DNA of 64,000 nucleotides. Source: an uncultured delta proteobacterium. Lineage in GTDB: Bacteria; Myxococcota_A; Polyangia; Polyangiales; B10-G4. The DNA lies in the NCBI GenBank assembly GCA_963727445.1, contig CAVSGI010000008.1, forward strand, positions 542,350-606,349. The letters run 5' to 3'. Made by a program: the position numbers and the translations under genes. Shown in pieces: positions 50,410-61,921 of this stretch. The stretch's first letter is position 1. Each line of letters begins with the position of its first letter. Below the pieces are notes generated by a model. That model saw only the letters and a list, made by a program, of their open reading frames with translations. It was not told the origin of the DNA and made no database searches.

Positions 50410-51553
50410 GTGAAATCCCTGAGTCCGGCATGGCTCGTCGTGGCGCTCGTCGCCTGCAGCATCGAGAGCACGGCCGTCTCTCCTGAACACGGGGCCGACG
50501 GGGGATCGGACGGCGCGGCAGGGGACTCCTTTGCCCACGCGGATGGCGCCGACGCTGCCGACGCCATGACGGAATGGCTTGCCGGCTACCGGCGCCGACG
50601 GGCGATCCGCGTCACCGCCGGCACGATGGAGGCGCCGATGGGTGCGTCGGTGTACTTCGTCGCCGATACCGCCGCGATGATCGCCGCGGCCGAGGTTCGC
50701 GCCGATGGCAAGGACTTCCGCATCGCCCGCTACCAGACGACCGCAGCCGCTTGGACGGAGCTCGATCGCTGGGTCGACGACGGCGAGGGCAGCGGCTGGA
50801 ACGGCAGCGACAGCCGCGTCTGGTTCGCCCTCCCGACCGACGTTCCGGCGGGCACGACGAATGCGGAGACCTATCTGTACTACGACCGCGCCGAGGAGAC
50901 CGAGCGCCCCCCATCCGACAAGTCGCGCATCTTCGTCTTCGCCGACGACTTCGAGGGAGGGCTCGGTGCGTGGGCGCTGAACGGACAGGGAGAGACGGCG
51001 GCGATCGCGACGACCTCGCCGCGCGCCGGCGAGAGCCTTCTCGCCCTCGACACCTCGAGCGCGGTGGTCGGCGGTATCCACCGCGACCAGACACTGCCGG
51101 CGTTCCCACTCTCGTTCACGCTCTACCTCCGCCGCGTGCGCGCGGGCTCGGTCGCGTTCCATCGTCTCTTCGCGACGCCCTGGGAGAGCGTCGACCGCGT
51201 CTGGAACGGTTCTGGGATCCGAACCCATTGCGAGCTGAACGACGACGGCAAGCTCCAGCTCGTCGGCGGCGAGCCGCGGTCGATTCTCGGAATTCGGTCC
51301 CATCGAGGACGACCTCTGGCATCGCATCGAGGTCGTGTGGGACCAGCCGAACGACCAGGCCAAAGGCGAGCTCGACGGCACGGGCTTCACGCCATTTGTC
51401 GGAGACTATGGCGAGCTCGGCGAGCCGGCGCGCGCCTTCGCCATCGAAGGCGAGGGACAGGATGGCGCCGTGGAGATCGACAACTTCATCATCCGCCGCT
51501 ACCTGGACGTCCCTCCGGAGGTCACCCTCGGCCCGGCCGAGCGGGTTCCGTGA
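50410..51553 (+). CDS. DUF2341-like lipoprotein, apparent frameshift at ~51275
   Basis: Lipobox LVAC; W..YRRRRAI, DGKDFRI, VWF, YLYY, IFVFADDFE; continues as WHRIEVVW..IDNFIIRRY in another frame. Confidence 0.65.
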
Positions 51554-51641
51554 CCGGATGGCCGCTGGCGTCTCAGGGGTAAAATCCCACGCCATCCCAC
51601 CATTTCCCTGATCTGGTCTCGCGTGCTAGACAGCCCCCGCC

Positions 51642-52994
51642 ATGGGATGGTCCCGCAGCCGAACCGAGGGAACAAAGCACCGGGCGGTGCTGAGCTGGAG
51701 GGCGATCCTGGGCTCGCTGGCGGTGATGGCTTTCCCCGCCACCGCCCAGGCCTCGGACGGCCACGGGCCCTCGCCGGCGCTCTGGCTCACGCTCGCGGCC
51801 ATCCTCCTGGTGGCCAAGCTCGGCGCCGAGACCGCGATCCGCCTCAAGCAGCCGCCGGTGCTGGGCGAGCTGATGGCGGGCATCGTCCTCGGCAACCTGA
51901 CCCTCGTCGGGGTGACCGTCTTCGACCACGTGCCCGAGGACACGACCATCGAGTTCCTCGCCGAGTTCGGCGTGGTGCTCCTGCTCTTCCAGGTCGGTCT
52001 CGAGTCGACGCTGACCGAGATGAAGAAGGTCGCGCCTCAGTCCGGGCTCGTCGCGATCATCGGCGTGATCGTCCCGATGGCGATGGGCTATGGCTGCAGC
52101 GCCGTCCTGATCCCCACGGGCGCGCCGTCGCTGCACCTCTTCGTGGGCGCGACCCTCTGCGCCACCAGCGTCGGCATCACCGCGCGCGTGCTCAAAGACC
52201 TCGAGGCGATGGACCGCGTCGAGACCCGGGTGATCCTGGGCGCCGCCGTGATCGACGACGTCCTCGGCTTGATCGTGCTCGCGATCGTCAGCGCGATCGC
52301 CGCCAGCGGCGAGATGCCGGACGGCGTGGGCCTCGCCATCATCTTCGGCAAGTCCTTCGGCTTCCTTCTGGGCGCGCTTCTCCTCGGCGCCTACGTGATG
52401 CCGGGCTTCTTCCGCGCGTCGTCGAAGCTCAAGACGCCCGGCGTCCTCGGCGCGATCAGCATCGGCCTCTGCCTGCTCCTCGCGGGCTTGTCGGCCGTCG
52501 CGGGGCTGGCAGCCATCGTGGGCGCCTTCGCCGCGGGGCTCATCCTGGACGAGGTCCACGTCCAGCCCTTCGGCAAGAAGTCCAAGCACGACCTGTCGGA
52601 GATCGTCGAGCCCATCGTCGCCGTCGTGGCGCCGGTCTTCTTCGTGCGCACCGGCATGCTGGTGCAGCTCGGCGGCACCACCACCGACGCCCTCGCCCTC
52701 GCCGGCGCCCTGTCGCTCGTGGCGATCATCGGCAAGCTGGTGGCGGGGATCGGCGTACGGGGCGACGCCGGAGACAAGTACGCAGTCGGCATCGGCATGG
52801 TGCCGCGGGGCGAAGTCGGCCTGATCTTCGCCAACGTCGGTATGAGCATCATCGTCGAAGGCGAGCCCCTGATCGGTCAGGGCACGTACATGGCGGTGGT
52901 GCTGATGGTGATGACCACCACCGTGGTGACCCCTCCCTGGTTGGCGTCACGTCTGAAGAAGCTTCGCGAGCGGGAAAAGGTCCCCGCTGCCTGA
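51642..52994 (+). CDS. Cation:proton antiporter (CPA2, NapA/KefB-like)
   Basis: PPVLGEL..GI, LLF.VGLE, ATSVGITARVL, AAVIDDVLG, GAFAAG, GMVPRGEV; true start may be ~51688. Confidence 0.9.
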   Translation: MGWSRSRTEGTKHRAVLSWRAILGSLAVMAFPATAQASDGHGPSPALWLTLAAILLVAKLGAETAIRLKQPPVLGELMAGIVLGNLTLVGVTVFDHVPEDTTIEFLAEFGVVLLLFQVGLESTLTEMKKVAPQSGLVAIIGVIVPMAMGYGCSAVLIPTGAPSLHLFVGATLCATSVGITARVLKDLEAMDRVETRVILGAAVIDDVLGLIVLAIVSAIAASGEMPDGVGLAIIFGKSFGFLLGALLLGAYVMPGFFRASSKLKTPGVLGAISIGLCLLLAGLSAVAGLAAIVGAFAAGLILDEVHVQPFGKKSKHDLSEIVEPIVAVVAPVFFVRTGMLVQLGGTTTDALALAGALSLVAIIGKLVAGIGVRGDAGDKYAVGIGMVPRGEVGLIFANVGMSIIVEGEPLIGQGTYMAVVLMVMTTTVVTPPWLASRLKKLREREKVPAA

Positions 52995-53046
52995 CCTCAC
53001 ACCCGCTACTTTGTGAGCGCCGCCGCCGCGGACTAGACTGCCGCCC

Positions 53047-53844
53047 GTGCGAACCGCCCTTCCCTTCTTGATCCTCCTGCTGACGCCGCTCCCCGCGGCC
53101 GCGCAAAGCGACCTCGATCCCGAGGACATCGAGCGCGCGCGCGTCCACTTCGAAGCCGGCATCCAACACTACGACGACGAGAACTTCGAGGACGCCGCCC
53201 GCGAATTCGAGGCGGCCTTCCAGCTCACGGGGCACCCGGACGTCCTGTACAACCTGGCGCAGTCCTACGACCGCCTCGAGCTGTATTCGGAGGCGATCGC
53301 CAACTACCGACGCTACCTGGCGGAGGCGGACGCCGGCGCGCCGGAGCGGTCGCGCGTCGAGCGCCGCGTGCGGGAGCTCGAGACCTTGCAGCGAGCGCGG
53401 CAAGAGGCCGAGGACGCGGAGGCGACCGAAGAGCTCGAAACGACCGAGGCGGCGCCGATGCCCCTCGCCCCTGCGATCGACGAAGAAGAGAGCGGCCCGA
53501 GCCCGCTGCCCTTCGTCATGATAGGCGCGGGCGTCGCGACCATCGTCGCCGGCGTCATCTTCGGCGTGAGCGCCAGCGGCATCTATTCGGACCTCGAGTC
53601 GCGCTGCGGCGTGGACGGCATGTGCGTCGGCTACGACCCGAGAGCGGACGCCGACAAGGGCGCCACCTTCGCGACCCTCGCCGACGTACTCGGGATCGCT
53701 GGCGGGGTGATCCTCGGTGCGGGCATCGTCTGGCTGGCGGTCGAGCTCAGCTCGGGGTCGGGCGAGTCGGAAGAGGACGTGGCCTCGCTGGAGATCACCT
53801 CCGGCCCGACGCTGCTGGGCGCGGGCGCGCGGGTGAGGTTCTGA
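53047..53844 (+). CDS. Secreted TPR protein with hydrophobic hairpin and terminal beta-strand
   Basis: Signal peptide; ARVHF..G, F..AF, LYNLAQ, A...YRRYL; two Gly-rich hydrophobic helices; ends GAGARVRF. Confidence 0.75.
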   Translation: MRTALPFLILLLTPLPAAAQSDLDPEDIERARVHFEAGIQHYDDENFEDAAREFEAAFQLTGHPDVLYNLAQSYDRLELYSEAIANYRRYLAEADAGAPERSRVERRVRELETLQRARQEAEDAEATEELETTEAAPMPLAPAIDEEESGPSPLPFVMIGAGVATIVAGVIFGVSASGIYSDLESRCGVDGMCVGYDPRADADKGATFATLADVLGIAGGVILGAGIVWLAVELSSGSGESEEDVASLEITSGPTLLGAGARVRF

Positions 53845-55238
53845 TGCGCGCGATCACGACATGCGCAGCGCTCCTGCTCCTCGCCGCGGGCTGCAGCTCG
53901 CTCGATTTCGGCAAGTTCCGGGAAGCCGACGGAGGAGACGGGGGAGACGCCGCGGTCGACTCCGCGACCGGCGACGCGATGAGAGATGGCAGCGATGGAG
54001 ACGACGCGATGGTCACCGACACCGGCGTCGTCGACACCTCGGTCCCGGTCGAGACCTGTAACGGAACGGACGACGACGGCGACGGATACGTCGACGAGAC
54101 GACGCTGACGGATACGCTCTGTACTGATTCAGCACAGGCGTGTGTCGCGGGGAGCTGCGGCGATGCGCCGCTGGACATCGAGCTCGGGAGCTTTCACAGC
54201 TGCGTACGAATGACTTCGGGGCGCGTCATCTGCTGGGGTGACAGCCTCCGTGGCCAGGGCGGCGTACTCGACGATGGCGCCTCTTCCCCGACGCTCATCA
54301 CCCTCGCCGACGGCACGCCATTCTTGGCCGGCGCCATCGCCGCAGGCAGCACTCACAGCTGTGGTTTGACCTCGGGCCGGCAACTCTATTGCTGGGGGGA
54401 CAACGGGATGGGCGCGGTCACGGATACCGCCACCATCCCGGTGCGAACCCAATATGCGACGCCAAGCACCGATTCGCTGGGGGATGAAATCCAGGCGTCG
54501 CGCTTGGCCCTCGGAAACGACTTCACCCTCGCGGCGGCCATGACCACCCTCTTCGCCGCGGGTCAGAATGCGGAAGGCCAGCTCGGTGCCCTCGACGGAA
54601 ACGCCGACATGGGAGCCCGCGGTCGACTCGGGTTCACGATGGACTCGATGGACGGCGTGGCAGCGGGAGACGCACACGGTTGCGCGATCACCAGTGGGTC
54701 CGTCATTTGTTGGGGGCGCAATCTCGACCGGCAGACGGGCGCGACGGACGAGGTGACGCCCCACGTCGTCGGGCCGGACTTTCGGATGGTGACCGCAGGG
54801 GGCATTCACACCTGCGCCATCAAATCCACCGACGACCTGGTCCATTGTTGGGGCGACAACGAGTTTGGACAGCTCGGAAGAATGTCGGGCGACACTGGAA
54901 CGCCCTACCCGGTAGACACCCTCGGACCGGCCACGTCGATCTCCGGAGGCGCGCTGCACACGTGTGCCCTGGACGAAGAGGGCACTGTCCGTTGCTGGGG
55001 CAACAACGGGGCGGGGCAGCTCGGCCTGTCAGCGAGCCCCATGGAGCTCGTGCCCCAGACGGTACCCATCGCTGAACCAGTCCTGGACGTGAGCGCGGGC
55101 TATGCACACACCTGCGCCATCACCGCATCGAGGCAGGTTCTCTGCTGGGGGAGCAACGTCAGCAACCAGTCGGGCCCCACGAGCCCAGGCGAGATGGAGA
55201 TCAACCCTCCCCAAACCGTCGACGTCTCCGGGCTCTAA
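53844..55238 (+). CDS. RCC1/BLIP-II repeat lipoprotein
   Basis: Lipobox AAGC; ETCNGTDDDGDGYVDE; repeated H(S/T)C..G.V.CWG.N..GQLG. Confidence 0.88.
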   Translation: MRAITTCAALLLLAAGCSSLDFGKFREADGGDGGDAAVDSATGDAMRDGSDGDDAMVTDTGVVDTSVPVETCNGTDDDGDGYVDETTLTDTLCTDSAQACVAGSCGDAPLDIELGSFHSCVRMTSGRVICWGDSLRGQGGVLDDGASSPTLITLADGTPFLAGAIAAGSTHSCGLTSGRQLYCWGDNGMGAVTDTATIPVRTQYATPSTDSLGDEIQASRLALGNDFTLAAAMTTLFAAGQNAEGQLGALDGNADMGARGRLGFTMDSMDGVAAGDAHGCAITSGSVICWGRNLDRQTGATDEVTPHVVGPDFRMVTAGGIHTCAIKSTDDLVHCWGDNEFGQLGRMSGDTGTPYPVDTLGPATSISGGALHTCALDEEGTVRCWGNNGAGQLGLSASPMELVPQTVPIAEPVLDVSAGYAHTCAITASRQVLCWGSNVSNQSGPTSPGEMEINPPQTVDVSGL

Positions 55239-55269
55239 GCCCGTTGCGCCCGCCACCCGCTTGCACTAC

Positions 55270-58200
55270 ATGCGCGGCGTGTCCCGCGCCGAGGAGTCGC
55301 TTCGTCATCTGACCCAGGGGCTCGCGCGTGAGACGGCGCGGCTGCCGGAGGCGCTCTCGCGCATGGGTGAAGCCCCACGCGTGGACCTGTCGGGCCTGCC
55401 CAACGGGGCGGCGGCGATGCTCCTCGCCCGGGCCGCCGCCCGCGGTGATCAGACCCTGGTGATCACCCCCGACCTCGCCACCGCGAGCCGCGCTGCCGCC
55501 GACCTCGGCTTCTTCCTCGGCGGTGACGACTCCCAGGTCCTGCTCTTTCCCTCGTCGGACGTCACGCCCTACCTCGACGTGGCCCCCGATCGCAGCGGCG
55601 CCATGGAGCGCCTCTCGGTGCTTCATCACCTCGCCGAGGGGCTCCCCTGGAAGTTCGTGGTGGTGCCGGCGGCGGCGCTCATCCGGCGGGTGGCTCCGCG
55701 CTCGGCGATGAAGGCGCGCTCGATGGCGGTGCGCGCCGAAGAAGAGATCGATCGCGACGCGCTCCTGAGGCTCCTGGCCGAGGGCGGCTACATGCGCGTC
55801 CCGGTCGCCGAGGATCCGGGCACCTTCGCCGTGCGCGGCGGGATCATCGACGTCTTTTCCCCCCACGAGCCCTACCCGGTTCGCATCGAGCTCGACGACT
55901 GGCTCGTGCTCTCGATCAAGCGCTTCGATCCCGACGATCAGAAGACCATCGAAGACGTGGCCGAGATCTCCGTGCACCCGGTGCGCGACACGATGCTCGG
56001 CGAGGACGCCATCGAGCGGATGAAGAGCCGGGTCCGCGACCTCTGCGACGCCATCGACATGCCCACCAGCCGCGCCCGCGCCCTGGTGGAGGACCTGGCG
56101 AGCGGCCGCGCGTTCTACGGGATCGACGCCTACCTGCCCGCCTTTCACGACCACCTCGAGTCGCTCTTCGACTACCTGCCCGAAGACACACCGGCGGTCC
56201 TCCTCGATCCCACGGCCATCATCCGGGCCATCACCGAGGAGCGGGCGGCGGCCAAGGCCGATCGCGGCGCCAAGCACGCCGACGGGGAGCCGGCTTACGA
56301 GGTCGACGTCCACTACCTCGACCCTGGCGCCCTCGCCGAGGCTCTCGACGCCCGGCGCATCGCCAACGTCCATCGCCTGGCCGTAGGCGGCGCGCCGGAC
56401 GAGGACGAGGCGGGGCCCCTCGCCGCCCTCGAGAGCGTCGACCCCGAAGCGGTGCTCAACCTCGGCGGCATCGACCACGCCGGCCTCATGGCGGAGCTCA
56501 AGGCCCGCCGCGGCCAGAAGGACGTCCACGCCCTCGCCCCCCTCGCCAAGCGCGTCCAGGAGTGGCTCGACGCTGGGCTCCGGGTGGTCTTCACGGCGCG
56601 GAGCGAGACCCAGGCACGGCGCCTGTCGAAGGTGCTCGAAGGCTATGAGGTCCCCTCCGACAAGCCGCAGCTCCTCAGCGCCGAGCTCCTGGAAAAGCAG
56701 CCCCGTGGCCGTGTGGAGATCCTGGTGGGCGGCCTCGGCTCGGGCTTCGTGCTCCCGAGCGAGGCCCTCGCCATCGTCACCGAAGAGGAGGTCTTCGGCT
56801 CGCGTTCTCACCGCCAGCCGCAGAAGCGCCGCCGCCGGGCCGACCGCGCCGCCTTCCTCGAAGACCTGAGGCAGCTCGAGGTCGGCGACTTCATCGTCCA
56901 CATCGACCACGGCGTCGGTCGCTACCTCGGCCTCGAGCGCAAGCCGCTCGGCCAGACCCAGCTCGACCGCATGCAGGGCAAGGAGCCCTCCTACGTCGAG
57001 GTCCTCCTCGTCGAGTACGCCGGCGGCGACAAGCTCTTCCTCCCGGTCACCCGCCTCAATCAGATCCAGAAGTACGCGGGCAAGGAGGGCAGCAAGCCGA
57101 AGATCGACAAGCTCGGCGGGCAGACCTTCGCCAAGACCAAAGCCCGCGTGCAGAAGCGCGTGCAGAAGCTGGCCGACGAGCTGCTCTCGCTCTACGCGCA
57201 GCGGGCGGCGGCGCGACGGGAGCCGCTGCCGCCGGCGGGTCGGGACTACGCCGAGTTCGAGGCGACCTTCCCCTTCGAGGAGACGCCGGATCAGGCGCGC
57301 GCCATCGACGACGTCCTCGGCGACCTCGAGCGCGAGCAGCCGATGGACCGCGTGGTCTGCGGCGACGTCGGCTTCGGCAAGACGGAGGTGGCCCTGCGCG
57401 CGGCGTTTCGCGTGGCGATGAACGGCCGGCAGGTGGCCATCCTCTGCCCAACCACGGTCCTGTCGCAGCAGCACTTCTCCACCTTCGCCGAGCGCCTCGC
57501 CGACTACCCCGTCGAAGTCCGGGTGATGAGCCGCTTCGTCGACAAGAAGCATCAGTCCGACACCCTCACCGGCCTCAAGGACGGAACGGTGGACGTGGTC
57601 ATCGGCACGCACCGCCTGTTGTCCAAGGACGTGCACTTCAAGGACCTCGGGCTGCTCGTGGTCGACGAAGAGCAGCGCTTCGGCGTGACCCACAAGGAGC
57701 GCATCAAGCAGCTCCGCACCGAGGTGGACGTGCTGACGCTCTCGGCCACGCCGATCCCGCGCACGCTGCAGATGTCGGTCGGCGGGCTGCGCGATCTGTC
57801 GCTCATCACCACCGCGCCAATCGACCGGCGCGCGGTGCGCACCTTCGTCAGCCGCTGGGACGATCACCTGATCACCGAGGCGCTCCGCCGCGAGCTGACC
57901 CGCGGCGGCCAGGCGTTCTTCGTCTACAACCGGGTCGAGGGCCTCTACGAACGGGCGAACAAGCTCCAGCAGCTCCTGCCCGAGGCGCGCTTCGCGGTCG
58001 CCCACGGCCAGATGAAGGAAGGCGAGCTCGAGCGCGTGATGACCGACTTCGTCGAGGGTCGCTTCGACGTCCTCTGCGCCACCGCGATCATCGAGTCGGG
58101 GCTCGACATCCCGCGGGCCAACACCATCGTCGTCGACCGCGCGGACATCTTCGGCCTGGCGCAGCTCTATCAGATCCGCGGCCGCGTCGGCCGGAGCCGC

Positions 58201-58923
58201 GAGCGTGCCTACTGCTACCTGCTCACGCCGCCGCCGAGCCGCATGACCGACGAGGCCCGCAGCCGCATCGAGGCCCTCGAGCGCTTCACCGAGCTCGGCT
58301 CGGGCTTCCACGTGGCGAGCCTCGACATGGAGATCCGCGGCGCGGGCGACCTCCTCGGTGCCGAGCAGAGCGGCAGCGTGAGCCAGGTCGGCCTCGACCT
58401 CTTCCTGCACATGCTCGAAGAGGCCATCGCTCACCTTCGCGGCGAGCCCGTCGTCCACGAGGTCGACCCGGACATCAACGTCGATCTCGAGGTCTACCTT
58501 CCCGAGGAGTACGTGGACGACGTCGGGCTGAGGCTCTCGCTCTACAAGCGCCTCGCCTCGGCCGAGGACGAGGCGACGGTCAACGAGATCGCCGAGGAGA
58601 TGGAGGACCGCTTCGGGCGTCTGCCGCGGCCCGCGACCGCCCTGGTGCGCACCATGGCGCTCAAGCCCGCGCTACGCGCCCTCTGTGCGCTCGGCTGCGA
58701 GGCGACCGACAAGCGCGTCACCCTGCACCTGCGCGAGGACACGCCCCTCGACCCGCAGAAGGTCATGAGCGCCATCGCCCAGAGCGGCGGAGCGCTCGCG
58801 CTCACTCCGGACATGAAGCTCACCCGCCGCTTCTCGGACGTGGAGAAGCCCGGCGACGCCGTCGACCGCATCGATCAGCTCCTGACCGAGCTCGAGCGCA
58901 TGAAGAAAGACGCCGTTATTTGA
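55270..58923 (+). CDS. mfd: Transcription-repair coupling factor
   Basis: [74 protein letters not shown]; start may be GTG 55279. Confidence 0.97.
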   Translation: MRGVSRAEESLRHLTQGLARETARLPEALSRMGEAPRVDLSGLPNGAAAMLLARAAARGDQTLVITPDLATASRAAADLGFFLGGDDSQVLLFPSSDVTPYLDVAPDRSGAMERLSVLHHLAEGLPWKFVVVPAAALIRRVAPRSAMKARSMAVRAEEEIDRDALLRLLAEGGYMRVPVAEDPGTFAVRGGIIDVFSPHEPYPVRIELDDWLVLSIKRFDPDDQKTIEDVAEISVHPVRDTMLGEDAIERMKSRVRDLCDAIDMPTSRARALVEDLASGRAFYGIDAYLPAFHDHLESLFDYLPEDTPAVLLDPTAIIRAITEERAAAKADRGAKHADGEPAYEVDVHYLDPGALAEALDARRIANVHRLAVGGAPDEDEAGPLAALESVDPEAVLNLGGIDHAGLMAELKARRGQKDVHALAPLAKRVQEWLDAGLRVVFTARSETQARRLSKVLEGYEVPSDKPQLLSAELLEKQPRGRVEILVGGLGSGFVLPSEALAIVTEEEVFGSRSHRQPQKRRRRADRAAFLEDLRQLEVGDFIVHIDHGVGRYLGLERKPLGQTQLDRMQGKEPSYVEVLLVEYAGGDKLFLPVTRLNQIQKYAGKEGSKPKIDKLGGQTFAKTKARVQKRVQKLADELLSLYAQRAAARREPLPPAGRDYAEFEATFPFEETPDQARAIDDVLGDLEREQPMDRVVCGDVGFGKTEVALRAAFRVAMNGRQVAILCPTTVLSQQHFSTFAERLADYPVEVRVMSRFVDKKHQSDTLTGLKDGTVDVVIGTHRLLSKDVHFKDLGLLVVDEEQRFGVTHKERIKQLRTEVDVLTLSATPIPRTLQMSVGGLRDLSLITTAPIDRRAVRTFVSRWDDHLITEALRRELTRGGQAFFVYNRVEGLYERANKLQQLLPEARFAVAHGQMKEGELERVMTDFVEGRFDVLCATAIIESGLDIPRANTIVVDRADIFGLAQLYQIRGRVGRSRERAYCYLLTPPPSRMTDEARSRIEALERFTELGSGFHVASLDMEIRGAGDLLGAEQSGSVSQVGLDLFLHMLEEAIAHLRGEPVVHEVDPDINVDLEVYLPEEYVDDVGLRLSLYKRLASAEDEATVNEIAEEMEDRFGRLPRPATALVRTMALKPALRALCALGCEATDKRVTLHLREDTPLDPQKVMSAIAQSGGALALTPDMKLTRRFSDVEKPGDAVDRIDQLLTELERMKKDAVI

Positions 58924-60358
58924 GGTCGCTGGCCTTGAGGCCGTGCTGGCGGAGCAGGCGCTCGAGGCTCTTGCGATGGATCCCCGCCTCGGTGGCGGCG
59001 CGATCGAGATCACCCTGGCAGCGGCGGACCAGCCGCTCGAGATAGGCGCGCTCCATCGGCGCCACCCAGCGCTCGCGCGCCTCCTTGATGGGCAGGTTGT
59101 CGCCCACGTCGGGCGGCGGGAGCTGCGGCCCGCCGATCCCACTCGACGGCGGCGGCGGAACGGAGCTGACGCGCTCGGCGCCGAGCAGGCTCAGGTCCTT
59201 GAGCTGAACGGTGTCGCTCGCGCACATGGCGATGGCGCGCCGGAGCACGTTGCGGAGCTCGCGCACGTTGCCCGGCCACAGGCGCGCGCCCAGCTCGTGG
59301 ACCGCCTCTTCGGAGATCGCGTGCACCGGGCTGCCGGCCTGGGCGTGCTCCTGCACGATGCGCTGGGCGATGATGGCGATGTCGTCACGGCGCTCGCGAA
59401 GCGGCGGCAGACCCACCACCACCTCGGCGAGGCGGTAGTAGAGGTCCTCGCGGAAGTCGCCCTTCTTGATCATCTCGGGCAGATCGCGGTGCGTGGCGGC
59501 GATCACCCGGACGTCGATCTCCAGATGACGGCCCGCGCCGAGGCGCTTGATCTCGCGGCGCTCGAGGGCGCGGAGCAGCTTGGGCTGCAGGTCGATCGGC
59601 AGCTCGCCAATCTCGTCGAGGAAGATGGTGCCCCCGTCGGCGGTCTCGAAGGCGCCCACGCGTTGGCGGTCGGCGCCGGTGAAGGCGCCCTTCTCGTGAC
59701 CGAAGAGCTCCGACTCGATCAGGTTCTTGCTGACGGCGCCGCAGTCCACGACGACGAAGTTTCGCCCGGCGCGCGAGGAGTGCTCGTGGATGGCGCGCGC
59801 CGCGAGCTCCTTGCCGGTGCCGGTCTCGCCCACCAGGATGCAGGAGAGGTCAGTGCGCGCGACCTTGCCCAGCATGGCGAAGACCTCGCGCATGAGCTGG
59901 GAGGTGCCGTACATCGCGCCGAAGTGGTCGGCCTGCACCTCCTGGATGCGCTCCCACTTCTTCTTCGGCTCGAAGACCATCTCCGTGTCGCCGACGCGGA
60001 TCCGGCCGCCGGGAGAGAGGAAGGCCTCCACCACCGGGGTGCCGTTGAGCTCGGTCCCGTTGGTCGACTCGAGGTCCCGCAGCAGATACCGCTCGTTGCG
60101 GACGCTGATCTCGCAGTGGCGCCGGCTCACGGTCTTGTCGCTGAGCACCAGGTCGTTCTTGGAGGACGTCCCCACGGAGAGACGGGTCGACTCGATCTCC
60201 TTCTCGAGACCTCGGTCGGGCCCATTGACCACGATGACCCGCTGGCGGTGAGCCACGATCATGGGGCCGGTGCCGTCGTCGCGGACTTGTGTCCCGCGGA
60301 AGGACGACTGTGCGGTCGCGTCCGTTCGGTCGTTCACGGGCGAGGGACACGCTAGCAC
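58916..60358 (-). CDS. FHA + sigma54 enhancer-binding protein
   Basis: [52 protein letters not shown]; start uncertain (possibly 60336). Confidence 0.92.
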   Translation of the reverse strand: MLACPSPVNDRTDATAQSSFRGTQVRDDGTGPMIVAHRQRVIVVNGPDRGLEKEIESTRLSVGTSSKNDLVLSDKTVSRRHCEISVRNERYLLRDLESTNGTELNGTPVVEAFLSPGGRIRVGDTEMVFEPKKKWERIQEVQADHFGAMYGTSQLMREVFAMLGKVARTDLSCILVGETGTGKELAARAIHEHSSRAGRNFVVVDCGAVSKNLIESELFGHEKGAFTGADRQRVGAFETADGGTIFLDEIGELPIDLQPKLLRALERREIKRLGAGRHLEIDVRVIAATHRDLPEMIKKGDFREDLYYRLAEVVVGLPPLRERRDDIAIIAQRIVQEHAQAGSPVHAISEEAVHELGARLWPGNVRELRNVLRRAIAMCASDTVQLKDLSLLGAERVSSVPPPPSSGIGGPQLPPPDVGDNLPIKEARERWVAPMERAYLERLVRRCQGDLDRAATEAGIHRKSLERLLRQHGLKASDLK

Positions 60359-60450
60359 GTGGCGCTCCGGAATCTGAAGCGCTTTCCGGCGCCCATCGAA
60401 CGCTTCGCGGTCGCCTTGACGCCCTACCAGGACGGGGGATAGGACCAGCC

Positions 60451-61086
60451 ATGGCCCCCAGCGACCATCTTCGCGCCCTCTTCGATGCGGATCGACAGGC
60501 CAGAGACGCAGAATCTGCCCTTTTGGGCTCCTCGGACGCGGAGCGCCTCGCGGCCCTCTTGGGGGCGGCGGTGGACGAGGCGCTGGCCCTGCCCGATCTC
60601 CGGGAGGGGGCGATCCGCCTCGAGCGGCTGGCCGACCTCTGCGCGCAGGTGCCGGGTCCGGCCATGGCCGACGCCCTGATCCGGATCCTGGGCGCGGAGG
60701 ATCCCGCCGTGCGGGTCACGGCCGGCGAGGCGATCCTCGACGTCGGCTACGAGCGCTACGCGGAGATCGCGCGGGCCATCGAGCGCGCCCTCGACGCGGG
60801 CGCCGCCGGAGCGGCGATGACCGAGCTGCCCTACGTCCTGGCCGAGATCGGCGAGCCCAGCGCGCTGCCGTTGATCCGGCGCTTCCTGACGAGCGCCGAC
60901 GCCGAGGTGGTGGCCGCCGGCATCGAGGCGCTCGCCTCCCTCGGCGATCCCTCGGCCCTGAGCTCCCTCGAGGCGCTGCGCGGCGACACCCGCATGGTGG
61001 ACGCCGCCGAGCTGGACGAGGCGGGCAGCATCACGGTGGGCGAGCTGGCCGAAGCCGCGATCGACGAGCTCTCACCACGCGGCTGA
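60451..61086 (+). CDS. HEAT-repeat protein
   Basis: L..EDPAVR..AGEA, LAEIG..SALP, V..A.IEALA.LGD. Confidence 0.75.
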   Translation: MAPSDHLRALFDADRQARDAESALLGSSDAERLAALLGAAVDEALALPDLREGAIRLERLADLCAQVPGPAMADALIRILGAEDPAVRVTAGEAILDVGYERYAEIARAIERALDAGAAGAAMTELPYVLAEIGEPSALPLIRRFLTSADAEVVAAGIEALASLGDPSALSSLEALRGDTRMVDAAELDEAGSITVGELAEAAIDELSPRG

Positions 61087-61090
61087 CGCA

Positions 61091-61915
61091 GTGAGCGCGA
61101 AGCGCCCCAGCACAGACGAGGAAGCCGCCCTCTACGACGCGGTGGTGGTGCCGCGGTGGAGCGCCCGCTTCGCGCAGATGATCCTCCGGGCCATCCCGCG
61201 GGGTCTGCGGGCGCAGGTCCTCGACGTCGGTTGTGGGACGGGGCACCCGGCGTTCTCGCTCCTCGAACGCCTCGACCACGGCGGTCGCGTGATCGGCATC
61301 GATCGGGATCCCGCCCTCATCGACGTCGCGCGCCGGCGCGCCATGGGCGTCCCAGGCGGGCGCATCTTCTTCAAGGTGGAGTCGCTCGAGGCGCTGAAGT
61401 TCGGCGAAGAAGTGTTCGACCTCGCGGTGGGCAACCTGGTGAGCGCCGAGCTCGAGGATCCCACGCGCGCGCTCTCGGAGCTGCGCAGGGTTCTGGCCCC
61501 CCAGGGACGGGTTCTGATGACCCACGCCCTCGAGGGGTCCTTCGAAGAGATCTTCGACATGTTCGACGAGATCGCGGTCAGCAGGGGCGACGACGCCCTC
61601 GCCGCCCGCCTCGACGAAGTGCGCGGGCGCTACCCCGAGCCGCGCTCGCTCCGGGCGCCTCTGCGCGCGGCCGGCTTCTCCGACGTCGAGATCACCACCG
61701 AGACATTCAAGCTCTCGTTCCTGAACGCCCGCGAGATCCTGACCGACCAGATGCTGCGCTTCGTGGCCCTCGGCGAGTGGCGCTGGATCGCCGGCTTCGA
61801 GCCGGGCAGCGAGCACCTGGTGGAAGAGGTGGTCAAGCGACTGGACACGTATTTCGGCGGCGGACCGATGTCGCTGACGGTGGTCGTCGGGATGGCCTCC
61901 GCGACGCGGCGCTGA
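61091..61915 (+). CDS. Class I SAM-dependent methyltransferase
   Basis: VLDVGCGTG, VIGID, FDL, L.ELRRVLAPQG. Confidence 0.88.
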   Translation: MSAKRPSTDEEAALYDAVVVPRWSARFAQMILRAIPRGLRAQVLDVGCGTGHPAFSLLERLDHGGRVIGIDRDPALIDVARRRAMGVPGGRIFFKVESLEALKFGEEVFDLAVGNLVSAELEDPTRALSELRRVLAPQGRVLMTHALEGSFEEIFDMFDEIAVSRGDDALAARLDEVRGRYPEPRSLRAPLRAAGFSDVEITTETFKLSFLNAREILTDQMLRFVALGEWRWIAGFEPGSEHLVEEVVKRLDTYFGGGPMSLTVVVGMASATRR

Positions 61916-61921
61916 ACGAGA

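Noticed and set aside
53844..55238. Diversity-generating retroelement target
   Set aside because: No template/variable repeat pair and no reverse transcriptase in the window
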